From the NCBI GenBank assembly GCA_033764315.1, contig JANRJA010000119.1, positions 1-40,308 on the forward strand: DNA of 40,308 nt. The letters are read 5' to 3'. The notes beneath the pieces are model-generated. The model saw nothing but the letters and a program-made list of their open reading frames with translations, made no database searches and was not told where the DNA came from. Source of the stretch: Oculatellaceae cyanobacterium bins.114 (GTDB lineage: Bacteria > Cyanobacteriota > Cyanobacteriia > Elainellales > Elainellaceae). The translations under genes and the position numbers were made by a program. Positions 1 to 9,404 of this stretch are shown here, piece by piece. The first letter of the stretch is position 1, and each line of letters begins with the position of its first letter.

Positions 1-81
1 CTGAAAACAAATCAGCATACAGTTGGCAATACTCATCGACAAAGCGAATCGTTGGTCGAGCCTCTCTTGACGCAGGCATAG
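1..81 (+). CDS. Probable 3' end of an upstream gene, possibly a PatA/PixG-type response regulator of the taxis operon
   Basis: Frame 1 is open from base 1 to TAG at 79-81 (LKTNQHTVGNTHRQSESLVEPLLTQA*). Identity is inferred only from the usual gene order of cyanobacterial taxis operons. Confidence 0.3.
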   Translation: MKTNQHTVGNTHRQSESLVEPLLTQA

Positions 82-186
82 GATTCCTGGCACCCTCTCA
101 AATGGTCTATCCCTATTCTAAATTCCTCTCATTAATGTGACCAAAGAGGGTTACGAACGGTTCAGCAACTGATGCGAGGTTGAGGA

Positions 187-1068
187 ATGAGTGCCATTCA
201 AGCTGCCGATCGCCCCGGAGTTGCAGAGCCAGGGCAACCCAACGAGCAACAGCCCGATCCATTTGCGATCGCCACTTTTTTAAGACAGCACAATACTCAT
301 CCAGATATGAGTGTCACCGTCTGGAGACATGGCTGTATATGCATTCTGTTGGAGGGTGACGCGGTGCCTCCCCAAGCAGCCGCAACAACGTGGCTCAAAC
401 GCAGCCTTAGCCAATTCTCTGAGCTTAAAACAGTGCGCGTCTATGCCCGTCAAATAGGGCAAAATTTGCCGATTTGGCACGATAATCTCAATCTCAGTCA
501 GAGTGCGATCGCTGTATCTCAGCCCTCCTCTCTGCTAAATTGGCTCCATCAAGGTGACAGAGGTTCAGCCCCGCCAGCTACCCCAGCCGTCGATCTAGAG
601 GTGACGACTCAGCAAACCCGCTTTCTGCGGTTTTATTTAACGGAGCAAGAGACCGCTTTGCTTGCTCTAGAGTCGATTCAAGAGGTGTTAAGAGTTTCAG
701 TTGACAATATTCTACCCGTTCCCGGCACTGCCGATAGTGTATTAGGGGTCTATGACCACCGAGGTGAAATTTTATGGTTAGTAAACCTCAGTCAACCATT
801 AGGTTTTCCTGAGGCAGATGGGCAGTTCACGACGATATTAACAGTCATTGTTATAAAACAGGATGGAGTTTCTTTAGGTGCAGTCGTTAGGCGTGTCACT
901 GATATTGAAATGCACGATCTTCAGCATCTACAGCCTGTATCTGCTGATTTATTTTCACTCCCCCTGCGATCGTTTTTGCAAGGGTATTTTTTGCAACCCA
1001 CTAGCTTCGTCTTAGATGCCCAAGCTCTGATTTCACACATCACATCGTCACCCGCTGTAACACCCTAA
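187..1068 (+). CDS. cheW: CheW/PixI-type adaptor with an extra N-terminal domain
   Basis: C-terminal CheW motifs (FLRFYL, IQEVL, ILPVPG..SVLGVYDHRGEILWLVNL); RBS-like GAGGA before the ATG; directly upstream of an MCP. Confidence 0.9.
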   Translation: MSAIQAADRPGVAEPGQPNEQQPDPFAIATFLRQHNTHPDMSVTVWRHGCICILLEGDAVPPQAAATTWLKRSLSQFSELKTVRVYARQIGQNLPIWHDNLNLSQSAIAVSQPSSLLNWLHQGDRGSAPPATPAVDLEVTTQQTRFLRFYLTEQETALLALESIQEVLRVSVDNILPVPGTADSVLGVYDHRGEILWLVNLSQPLGFPEADGQFTTILTVIVIKQDGVSLGAVVRRVTDIEMHDLQHLQPVSADLFSLPLRSFLQGYFLQPTSFVLDAQALISHITSSPAVTP

Positions 1069-1151
1069 TTGACGTAATTTCCGACACTTCAGGTGCATTA
1101 CCATTTCTTCCGGCTTAAACCACCGAATCACACCTGAATGGAGTTTTCTAC

Positions 1152-4100
1152 ATGGTTAATCAACTCAGACCTGATATGCTCAACGAATTAGATCACATGG
1201 CAACCATCAATGAAATGGATGCTATGGATCACTCTCAATCTAGCTCTGCTAAAGCATCTGGAAACAATGCGTTAGGTAATGCATTAGGCAATGTCACAGG
1301 TAGTGATACAGCCTCTATCGGCAGCAATGGCGACAAACAAGATAGCACCTCACCCGATGGGAAAAACAGTTTAGATATCCGCCAAGCAACTACGGCTTTG
1401 ATCGCCATCAAAACAGAGTTAGAAAAGACTGGGGCACTGGAAAATCCAGAGATGCGCGAGAAGATTCAGCATCTTCTCAATATCATTCGGGGAGCGCATC
1501 AAACCACCAAAGGTCAAGTGAGTGATGCTGTACAGCAACAACTTAAAATGACTCGCCAGCAAGTCGAGGCGATCGCTCAACAGTTGCGTCAAGCCGTTGA
1601 GTCTGACACGCTGCTTTCAACCCTGGCTAAAACAGTCCGTGAGACTCTCAGGGCTGATCGAGCTGTGATTTATCGGTTTATCACCCCTGACCAAGGCACA
1701 GTCTCTGTGGAGTCGTTGACAGACGGTTGGACTCCCATGCTGGGAGAATCGCTGAAAGCTTTTTGCTTTGGGTTAGGGCAAGCCAGCGATTATGAGCGAC
1801 AAACAGTGGTGATTGAAGATGTCTATCAGCGATCGTTCTCACCTTACCAAATGCAATTGTTTGAAAAATTTCAAACCAAAGCTAGTTTGAGCCTTCCCAT
1901 CATGCTCAACCAGCAAGTTTGGGGCTTATTGGTGGTGCAACAGTGCAGCAAGGCTCGCCGTTGGCACGAAGTCGAGATCACACTTTTGCATCAATTGGTG
2001 GCTGAATTGGTAGCTATTTTGCAACAGCTAGAGTTTCATCACCATTTGAAAGAACAACTAGAGCAAGAACAGGCCATTCTGCGGGTGACCAACAAAATTC
2101 GTCAAGCCAAAGATGCTTTTACAGTTCTGCGAGCCGCCACTCAAGATATTCGCTATGCCTTGAAGTGCGATCGCGCGGTGGTGTATCGCTTTAACCTCGA
2201 TTGGAGCGGTGAATTTATTGCAGAGTCTGTGGGCAGTGGATGGGTATCTGTGCTCGAAGAGCAAAAGCATGAAACCCTGTTGCAAGGTAACCGCACTGAA
2301 AGCGATCGCTGTATCTTAAAAAATTGGGGTGAGTTTGGTGCACTCGATCAAGACACCTATCTCAAACAAACCAAAGGCGGCAAATATGCAGTGGGCGAAA
2401 AGTTTACTCGCATTGATGATGTGAGCAAGGCGGGTTTTTCTCCGTGTTATTTAGACTCGCTAGAGAAATATCAGGCAAAAGCTTACTTAATCGTTCCCAT
2501 TTTTCAAGACGATACGTTGTGGGGTTTGTTGGGGATCTATCAAAACTCAGGCCCTCGCACCTGGCATGACTATGAAGCCAACTTATTGTTGCAGGTGGGG
2601 GTTGCCATCGAAGTGGCACTGCAACGAACAGACTACATTAAGGCGATCGAGCGAGAACAAGCGATCGCCAGAGTGATTAACAAAATTCGGCGTCCGGATA
2701 ATGTTGAGGGAGTATTTCGGGCATCGGTTCAAGAGGTACGACAGTTGTTGGCGTGCGATCGCGCCGTGGTATATCGCTTTAACCCCGATTGGAGCGGTGA
2801 ATTTGTAGCAGAGTCGGTTGGCAACGGTTGGACCTCTATGTTGCAAGAACAGGACAACAGTCCCACCCTGCGAGACAATATCAGCCAGTGCAGCTCAGAA
2901 TTGCTGCCTAAAACCTTGTCCTATGACGACACCTACCTCCAAGCCAGTCAGGGAGGTTCGTTTAATCAGGGAGAGCTGTTTCGAGTTGAAGAAGATATTT
3001 ACACCGCAGGTTTTTCTCAGTGCTACATTGATGCGTTAGAGAAGTATCAAATCAAAGCCTACATGATTGTGGCGATCTATGCTGGGCAAACCTTGTGGGG
3101 TTTACTAGCCGCCTATCAAAATTCAGCTCCGCGCCGCTGGCAAGATACAGATAAAAACTTGGTGGTTCAAATTAGTACCCAAATTGGTTTGGCGTTACAA
3201 CAAGCCGCATTTGTCGCCCAACTGCAAGAAAAATCGGCTGAGCTAGCCAAAGAAGCAGAGCAAGAGAGAGCCGTTGCCAAAGTTATTGACCGAATTCGCA
3301 AAACCCTTGATTTGGATGCAATTTTCAACACGACAGCGCAAGAAGTCCGACGGTTTCTCAAAGTAGAACGCCTGACAATTTACAAATTTCGTCCAGATTA
3401 TTTCGGTGATTTTATTGTTGAAGCAGGAGCGGGTGATTTAAACCGTCTGGTGGGTAGTGGGTGGGAAGATCCTTACCTATCAGAGCATCAAGGAGGGCGA
3501 TTCCGCTATAACGAATCGTTGGTAGTGGATGATGTCTATCATGGCAATCTGACAGACTGCCATGTTGAAGCGTTGGAAAACTTTGGGGTTAAATCCTGTT
3601 TAGTTGTTGCTATTTTTCGCGGTAAAGAGTTGTGGGGATTGCTATCGGCGTTTCAGCACAGTGGTCCTCGCCATTGGGAAGAAAATGATGTGCAATTCAT
3701 GCATCAAATTGCAGCCCAGTTGGGCATTGCGCTGCAACAGGCAGAATATTTGCAGCAAATTCAAACCCAGTCACAGCAATTGGCCGCCGCGGCTGAACGA
3801 GAAAAAGTAGCGAAGGAAAAGCTGCAACAGGATGTGATTCAGTTGCTGTCATCCGTTCGACCAGTGCTGCAGGGCGATCTGACGGTGCGGGCAATTGTCA
3901 CCGAAGACGAAGTGGGCACTGTTGCTGATGCTTATAACAACACCATTCAGGCTCTTCGTCGGATTGTGACCCAGGTACAAAGCAGTGCCACCAAAGTAGG
4001 GCAAACATCAAGTGAAAACGGGATGGCGATCGCCGCTCTATCCCAACAAGCCCAACAAGAAGCGCAAGAAATCACCTCTGCGTTAGCTCAAATTGAGGTG

Positions 4101-4817
4101 ATGGTCAACGCGACTCAAACGGTCGCCGCCAACACCCACCAAATGGAAACCGCTGTGCAGCAGGCTAACCAGACGGTGCAGCAAGGCGATGCGGCCATGA
4201 ACCGGACAGTGAACGGCATTCTCACCATTCGTGAGACGGTGTCTGAAGCCACCAAAAAAATCAAGCGTCTCAGCGAATCGTCGCAAAAGATCTCGAAAGT
4301 CGTGAATTTGATTAACAACTTCACGACCCAAACCCAACTGCTTGCCTTGAATGCAGCGATTGAGGCAACCCGTGCCGGAGAATATGGACGAGGATTTGCA
4401 GTGGTGGCAGATGAGGTGCGGTCTTTGGCGCAGCAGTCAGCAGAGGCAACAACCGAGATTGAAAAGCTGGTGCAAGAGATTCAGGCAGAAACCAGTGCCG
4501 TTTCTATGGCAATGGATACGGGCATTCAACAGGTGGTGAGCGGCACCAATTTGGTGACCGAAACGCGCCAAAGCCTGAATGCGATCGTCACTGCGACCGG
4601 ACAAATCAGTGAATTGTTGCAGGGCATCACCCAATCGACTCAGGCTCAAATTCAACAGTCTCAAACGGTGATTCAGACCATGCAAAATGTGGTGGCGATC
4701 GCCAACAAAACCTCGGCTGACTCGACTCAGATCTCAACTTCCTTCCAAGATCTACTAACCACTGCCCAAGAACTGCAAGCCAGTGTGGGGCAATTTAAGG
4801 TGTCAGCATCGCTATAG
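1152..4817 (+). CDS. Cyanobacteriochrome methyl-accepting chemotaxis protein (PixJ/PtxD-like) with 4 GAF domains and an MCP signalling domain
   Basis: Four DRAV(I/V)[11 protein letters not shown]...WGLL GAF repeats; MCP hairpin [35 protein letters not shown]; no obvious transmembrane helix. Confidence 0.95.
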   Translation: MVNQLRPDMLNELDHMATINEMDAMDHSQSSSAKASGNNALGNALGNVTGSDTASIGSNGDKQDSTSPDGKNSLDIRQATTALIAIKTELEKTGALENPEMREKIQHLLNIIRGAHQTTKGQVSDAVQQQLKMTRQQVEAIAQQLRQAVESDTLLSTLAKTVRETLRADRAVIYRFITPDQGTVSVESLTDGWTPMLGESLKAFCFGLGQASDYERQTVVIEDVYQRSFSPYQMQLFEKFQTKASLSLPIMLNQQVWGLLVVQQCSKARRWHEVEITLLHQLVAELVAILQQLEFHHHLKEQLEQEQAILRVTNKIRQAKDAFTVLRAATQDIRYALKCDRAVVYRFNLDWSGEFIAESVGSGWVSVLEEQKHETLLQGNRTESDRCILKNWGEFGALDQDTYLKQTKGGKYAVGEKFTRIDDVSKAGFSPCYLDSLEKYQAKAYLIVPIFQDDTLWGLLGIYQNSGPRTWHDYEANLLLQVGVAIEVALQRTDYIKAIEREQAIARVINKIRRPDNVEGVFRASVQEVRQLLACDRAVVYRFNPDWSGEFVAESVGNGWTSMLQEQDNSPTLRDNISQCSSELLPKTLSYDDTYLQASQGGSFNQGELFRVEEDIYTAGFSQCYIDALEKYQIKAYMIVAIYAGQTLWGLLAAYQNSAPRRWQDTDKNLVVQISTQIGLALQQAAFVAQLQEKSAELAKEAEQERAVAKVIDRIRKTLDLDAIFNTTAQEVRRFLKVERLTIYKFRPDYFGDFIVEAGAGDLNRLVGSGWEDPYLSEHQGGRFRYNESLVVDDVYHGNLTDCHVEALENFGVKSCLVVAIFRGKELWGLLSAFQHSGPRHWEENDVQFMHQIAAQLGIALQQAEYLQQIQTQSQQLAAAAEREKVAKEKLQQDVIQLLSSVRPVLQGDLTVRAIVTEDEVGTVADAYNNTIQALRRIVTQVQSSATKVGQTSSENGMAIAALSQQAQQEAQEITSALAQIEVMVNATQTVAANTHQMETAVQQANQTVQQGDAAMNRTVNGILTIRETVSEATKKIKRLSESSQKISKVVNLINNFTTQTQLLALNAAIEATRAGEYGRGFAVVADEVRSLAQQSAEATTEIEKLVQEIQAETSAVSMAMDTGIQQVVSGTNLVTETRQSLNAIVTATGQISELLQGITQSTQAQIQQSQTVIQTMQNVVAIANKTSADSTQISTSFQDLLTTAQELQASVGQFKVSASL

Positions 4818-4910
4818 CCATCGAGACAGTTGAGACCAAGGGGTGTGGGGGTTTCTCCAGCCAGAGGTTCCCCTACACCCCCATCCTAACTAACCCTTTG
4901 ATTGCTATAG
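4812..4910. mobile_element. About 100-bp MITE-like element with CTATAGC...GCTATAG ends and GC-rich internal hairpins
   Basis: Ends CTATAGCCATC / GATTGCTATAG are inverted repeats with 1 mismatch; the core GGGGTGTGGGG..CCAGCCAG(A/G)GGTTC..CACCCC..TCCTAAC recurs at about 12715-12772. Confidence 0.7.
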
Positions 4911-4939
4911 ATGAATGACGGGAGAGGGAACGGTTTTAC

Positions 4940-4995
4940 CCCCCACTCTCTCACTCTCCTACCCTCCCACTCTCCTACCCTCCCACTCTCCCCTC
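4940..4995 (+). repeat. Pyrimidine-rich short tandem repeat (CCCACTCT/CCTACCCT units)
   Basis: Directly visible: ccccactctctcactctcctaccctcccactctcctaccctcccactctcccctc. Confidence 0.75.
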
Positions 4996-7900
4996 ATGTC
5001 TTCTCCTCGCCCTGAAAATTACGCCTACTTTCTTGAAGAAGCTCATGACCTGCTGCACGCCATTGAGCAGGATTTATTGAGTTTGCGAGCCGATCGCACC
5101 ATCACTAAAGTTCACAATCTGATGCGATCGGCACATACCCTCAAAGGAGCTGCTGCCAGCATTGGTTTAGAAACCATCAAAAACATATCCCATGTTTTAG
5201 AAGACATCTTTACGATGTTTTACAACCCAGATGTTGTGATCGATGCTGAGGTTGAGGCATTACTGTTTCAAGGATACGAATGTTTAAGAATGACCCTGTC
5301 TGCCGAATTTACAGGGGGTTCGGTCAATGAGTCAGATATGCTCGATCGCGCCGCATCGGTGATTGCCCAACTGCAAGACAAGTTAGGAGACTGTTTTGAT
5401 CGAGAGGCAACGATTCCCACATCGGCTGATTTGGGGTTCGACATTGTGCAATCAATGTTTGAAGCGGGAGTCAATCAACGACTCGAAGGGTTGGAAGAGG
5501 CTCTCCAGCAAAACAATACTCAAACATTGCAAACCACTTTGCAAACCACAGCCGAGGTGTTGTTGGGTTTAGCCGAGTCATTAGAATTACCAGGTTTTGA
5601 GGCGATCGCCCAAACAACATTAACGGCGTTAAACCAGCATCCCAAGCAAGTAGTGCAAATTGCTCAGTTGGCGTTGCAGGATTTTCGACAGGGACAAAGT
5701 GTTGTGCTCAGGGGCGATCGCACCGAAGGAGGGGCACCGTCTCAAGCCTTGCAGCAATTGGCAGCGACAGCCTCATCTCCCCCCGTAGAAGCACCTCCCT
5801 CATGGCAAGCAACTGCCGCAGAAGGAGAAGCTGAAGCAGATTTGTTTGAACAGATTGAGCACGAACTCGATCTCTTGTTGAACCCCGATGCTTCTGTCAG
5901 TGCTGTCTCAACAGCGGCAACCGATACAACGGCGATGCCCACCACAAGGGGTGTTCAGCCTGCTGCAGTGCCATCTAACAGCACCAGTCAGACGGCAGCC
6001 AGATCAGAGCCTATCATGTCAACTCGCTCTACCCAAACGATTCCAGCGATCGCCACAGAGCTTGAACCTGCCGACTCAGATTCCTCCGTTCTCAATCCAG
6101 ATCACCCCAAGACCATCTATCCAACTCCTATGGATGGGGCAAAATCAACGCATTCTGGTTCTACAGCATCCACCGTGCGCGTTGAAATTGACCAATTAGA
6201 GCAGTTAAATTACATCACAGCCGAGTTGTTGATCCATCAAAATCGCCAAGTCAGCCAGGATGACTCGTTGCGGTTTATCGTCAAGAAGTTGTTGTTAGAT
6301 TTGCAAAAACATCAGCAACTGATGGGAGATTTGCAAGATTTGTCTGAGCAGATGTTAGTCAGAAAAGGAACATGGGGATCGCCCGCTATCAAGGCAAGCT
6401 CTCCCTCTTTCTATTCACCAACAACCGCATTTGATTCACTAGAGCTAGACCACTACAGTGATCTTCATGTTTTAGTTCAACAAGCGTTGAATCAATTTGC
6501 TCAACTAAAAATGATCTCTGATGAGATCGATCAATCAACTCGACAGGCTCAACAAGGGCGATCGGCACAGCAACGGTTGCTCACCGATATGCGAGATGGG
6601 TTAACCGCAGCTCGTATGCAAGCTCTAGGAGATTTGTTTAATCGGTTTCCGCGCATGTTGCAGCAATTAAGCTCTGCCTACAACAAGCCAGTTGAGCTAG
6701 TTTTGAGAGGCACCGATGTTTTAGTAGACAAGGCGATCGCCGAGCGACTGTATGACCCCCTGCTGCATCTAGTGCGTAATGCCTTCGATCACGGCATCGA
6801 ACCTGTTGAGGTGCGGCGGGCACGGCATAAACCCGACGTTGGACGCATTGAAATCTGCGCTTATCATGATGGCAATCAAACCCTAATTGAGGTGCGTGAT
6901 GATGGCGGGGGCATTGCCTTAGAGCGAATTGCCCAGCGGGCAACCGAGCTTAATCTAGTATCAGCTGAACAATTGCAACAGAGTTCTAAAACCGATTTGC
7001 TCAATTTGTTGTTTGAGCCGGGTTTCTCTACCACCTTGCAAGTCAATGAGCTTTCAGGGCGTGGAGTGGGTTTAGATGTCGTGCGGGCACAGCTAGAAAC
7101 CCTCAAAGGACAAGTCAGCATTACCTCTGTGCCCCAACAAGGCACAACCATCACCCTGCGCTTACCCATCTCACTCACTATTGCAAAACTGCTGGTGTGT
7201 AGTGCCGATGAACAGGTCTATGCCTTGCCCGTAGATAGTATCGAACAGGTCATTGCTATTCGTTTAGACCAACTGCAACAAACGACTCATCAACAGTTTG
7301 CTCTACAGTGGCGTTTTCGAGGCACAGACCAATTGATTCCAATTCATTGGCTCTCAAAGTTAATGACATATAGTGCCAACCCCATTAGAAAACAAAGTGC
7401 TTATCGCCTGCCTCAATCGTTTCACACCCCAGAATCAACCATTACCGATTTATCAAAAGCTCTGACAGGGGAGCAACCCTTTGCAGTGCTTTTGCTCCAC
7501 ACAGCCGAGGGACTGAGTGGATTGGCCATCGATCAGGTGTTAGGCGAACAAGAACTGGTGATTCGTCCTTTAGGAGCCGCGATCGCCTCTCCAGCATATG
7601 TCTATGGGTGCTGCATTTTAGGGAACAGCCAGTTGGCATTAGTCATCGATGCCCGCAAATTAATTCAACCTCAATCGGCTTTGCCACAGTTGACAGATAA
7701 CCATCTTGCCCGATCGTGGCTACATCGCACAAATCAACTCAACAGTGCAAAAGCTAGTGAGCAACCCAGCATTTTGCTTGTGGTGGATGACTCGTTAACG
7801 CTCCGACAAACCCTGAGTAGCACACTTAACAAAAAAGGCTTTCGGGTGTTGCAAGCACAAGACGGGGTAGAGGCGATCGCCTATTTACAGCAGCATCCTG

Positions 7901-8136
7901 ACATTGCACTCGTCATTTGTGACATTGAAATGCCACGGATGAATGGATTTCAATTTCTCCACCAATCTCGACAAGACGGACGGCTCGCTCAGATTCCGGT
8001 GGTAATGCTCACCTCTCGTACCGCCGACAAACATCGCCAACTGGCTCTAGAGTTAGGAGCCACCGCTTATTTGACCAAACCCTACGCCGAAGATGAGTTG
8101 TTATCTACCGTCACTACGCTGATTCATACTAATTAA
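4996..8136 (+). CDS. cheA: Hybrid CheA-type histidine kinase (Hpt, HATPase, CheW, receiver; PixL/PtxE-like)
   Basis: Hpt MRSAHTLKG; N box HLVRNAFDHG; G boxes DDGGGI and SGRGVGLDVV; C-terminal receiver (VVDDS, CDIEMP, TKPY). Start moved to ATG 4996 because 4915-4995 translates repeat DNA. Confidence 0.95.
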   Translation: MSSPRPENYAYFLEEAHDLLHAIEQDLLSLRADRTITKVHNLMRSAHTLKGAAASIGLETIKNISHVLEDIFTMFYNPDVVIDAEVEALLFQGYECLRMTLSAEFTGGSVNESDMLDRAASVIAQLQDKLGDCFDREATIPTSADLGFDIVQSMFEAGVNQRLEGLEEALQQNNTQTLQTTLQTTAEVLLGLAESLELPGFEAIAQTTLTALNQHPKQVVQIAQLALQDFRQGQSVVLRGDRTEGGAPSQALQQLAATASSPPVEAPPSWQATAAEGEAEADLFEQIEHELDLLLNPDASVSAVSTAATDTTAMPTTRGVQPAAVPSNSTSQTAARSEPIMSTRSTQTIPAIATELEPADSDSSVLNPDHPKTIYPTPMDGAKSTHSGSTASTVRVEIDQLEQLNYITAELLIHQNRQVSQDDSLRFIVKKLLLDLQKHQQLMGDLQDLSEQMLVRKGTWGSPAIKASSPSFYSPTTAFDSLELDHYSDLHVLVQQALNQFAQLKMISDEIDQSTRQAQQGRSAQQRLLTDMRDGLTAARMQALGDLFNRFPRMLQQLSSAYNKPVELVLRGTDVLVDKAIAERLYDPLLHLVRNAFDHGIEPVEVRRARHKPDVGRIEICAYHDGNQTLIEVRDDGGGIALERIAQRATELNLVSAEQLQQSSKTDLLNLLFEPGFSTTLQVNELSGRGVGLDVVRAQLETLKGQVSITSVPQQGTTITLRLPISLTIAKLLVCSADEQVYALPVDSIEQVIAIRLDQLQQTTHQQFALQWRFRGTDQLIPIHWLSKLMTYSANPIRKQSAYRLPQSFHTPESTITDLSKALTGEQPFAVLLLHTAEGLSGLAIDQVLGEQELVIRPLGAAIASPAYVYGCCILGNSQLALVIDARKLIQPQSALPQLTDNHLARSWLHRTNQLNSAKASEQPSILLVVDDSLTLRQTLSSTLNKKGFRVLQAQDGVEAIAYLQQHPDIALVICDIEMPRMNGFQFLHQSRQDGRLAQIPVVMLTSRTADKHRQLALELGATAYLTKPYAEDELLSTVTTLIHTN

Positions 8137-8154
8137 TGTTGATGGATAGCTACT

Positions 8155-8640
8155 ATGTCTGATACTCTGATAGCCTTGACCTCTCAACCCACCACTCAGC
8201 CCCAAGAGACCTGCAAAGCAATTGTGTTTGCGATCGCCAATCACCTTTTAGCCTTGCCTGTTTCAGCCATCTTCAAGGTCGTGCAATATTCTCCGGCGTT
8301 GAGCCACAGCATTCACACCAAAGAGTTGATTTTGTTCTATCAGCAGCCCCTCACCCTATTAGATCTGCATCCGGTTCTGACTCAACCCTCTGACACGCCT
8401 CAGGAGCGATCGCCAACAGAGTGCTTGATTATTGCCCAAGCCCAACAGGGGTTGTATGCTATCCCGGTCGATCAACCCCCAACCCTGCAAGAGTTAGCCT
8501 TTTCTAGCATCCATCCACTGCCCACCCACTACAGCAAAGCGATCGCCCATATCGCTAGCCATTTTGCTCTGCTCTATCAGCACGATGCAGCACCTAAAAT
8601 CTTGTTGCTCGATCTCTATCAAGCCTCTCATCAGGAATAA
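8155..8640 (+). CDS. Divergent CheW-like protein
   Basis: IVFAIANHLLALPVSAIFKVV, LTLLDL and YAIPVDQPPTL pattern typical of the second CheW after cyanobacterial cheA genes; 18 bp after cheA. Confidence 0.75.
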   Translation: MSDTLIALTSQPTTQPQETCKAIVFAIANHLLALPVSAIFKVVQYSPALSHSIHTKELILFYQQPLTLLDLHPVLTQPSDTPQERSPTECLIIAQAQQGLYAIPVDQPPTLQELAFSSIHPLPTHYSKAIAHIASHFALLYQHDAAPKILLLDLYQASHQE

Positions 8641-8645
8641 GAGTG

Positions 8646-8672
8646 TCTCACAAATGATTTAGGACTTGCTAT
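8646..8672 (-). repeat. Solo terminal inverted repeat of the TATAGC MITE family
   Basis: TCTCACAAATGATTTAGGACTTGCTAT is the reverse complement, with one extra base, of ATAGCAGTCCTAAATCATTTGTGAGA at 40163-40188. Confidence 0.7.
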
Positions 8673-9404
8673 TGTTAATTCAAATTGTTAAGGCTTTTTA
8701 TACTTTTTTAGAAAAAAACAACTTCTTTTTTCCATCTCTTTTCGATTCATCAAGAGAGCCATCAAAATCATGGATGAGGTTCCTAAATTGTTATACTAGC
8801 AGGTGCTTCACAACCCAAAACGATTTATTTTCAAAAGAGGTAAATAGTAAGCTCTAGGCTTTTGCGATCGCTCAATTATCAGGATTTGTTCAGTAGAGCT
8901 ACATCAACCAAGTAGCGTTATTGCAATGGGTTGAGTGAGAGCCATGCCCTTATTCTCCACAGAGAAATGAATGCTGAGTATTCGATCTAATCAGTACTCA
9001 GCGATTGAATGCCTAAGTTGTTCAATCATAAGAACGGTCTTAATTCACACAACGATGATGGTGGACTCTCTTTGACTGAGTCTGCATCTAAATGAATGAC
9101 GGACGACACAGGCTGTATTGCCAAAGATGAAGACATTTTCGTCTGGTAAAGCCCCTCAGTGTTTACACGAGCCAAACGCATTCAAAACTGATAAAGTTCC
9201 GTAAACCTGCGTATTTATTTGGCTCAACACCTTCTTATGATTTGAGTCAACTCTGCCCTCAGTGATTCGTTTAGAACACTCAACCTTCCCTCAGTAGGTT
9301 ATTTTCTCTATTCATCATCAACGCCTTTTAATTCTCTACTTTGGGCTTTTAATTCTTTCATTGACTCACTTCTTTACCCCTTTGTAATCTCGCTACCACT
9401 GTAA

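Noticed and set aside
4915-4995. N-terminal extension of CheA in the ORF track
   Set aside because: It translates a pyrimidine tandem repeat; the Hpt domain begins just after ATG 4996.
8666-8857. 63-aa ORF after the second cheW
   Set aside because: TTG start inside a MITE end, AT-rich, no recognisable motif.
8860-9404. Long non-coding stretch upstream of GH65 examined for ncRNA or small ORFs
   Set aside because: No convincing ORF, repeat array or known RNA motif by eye.
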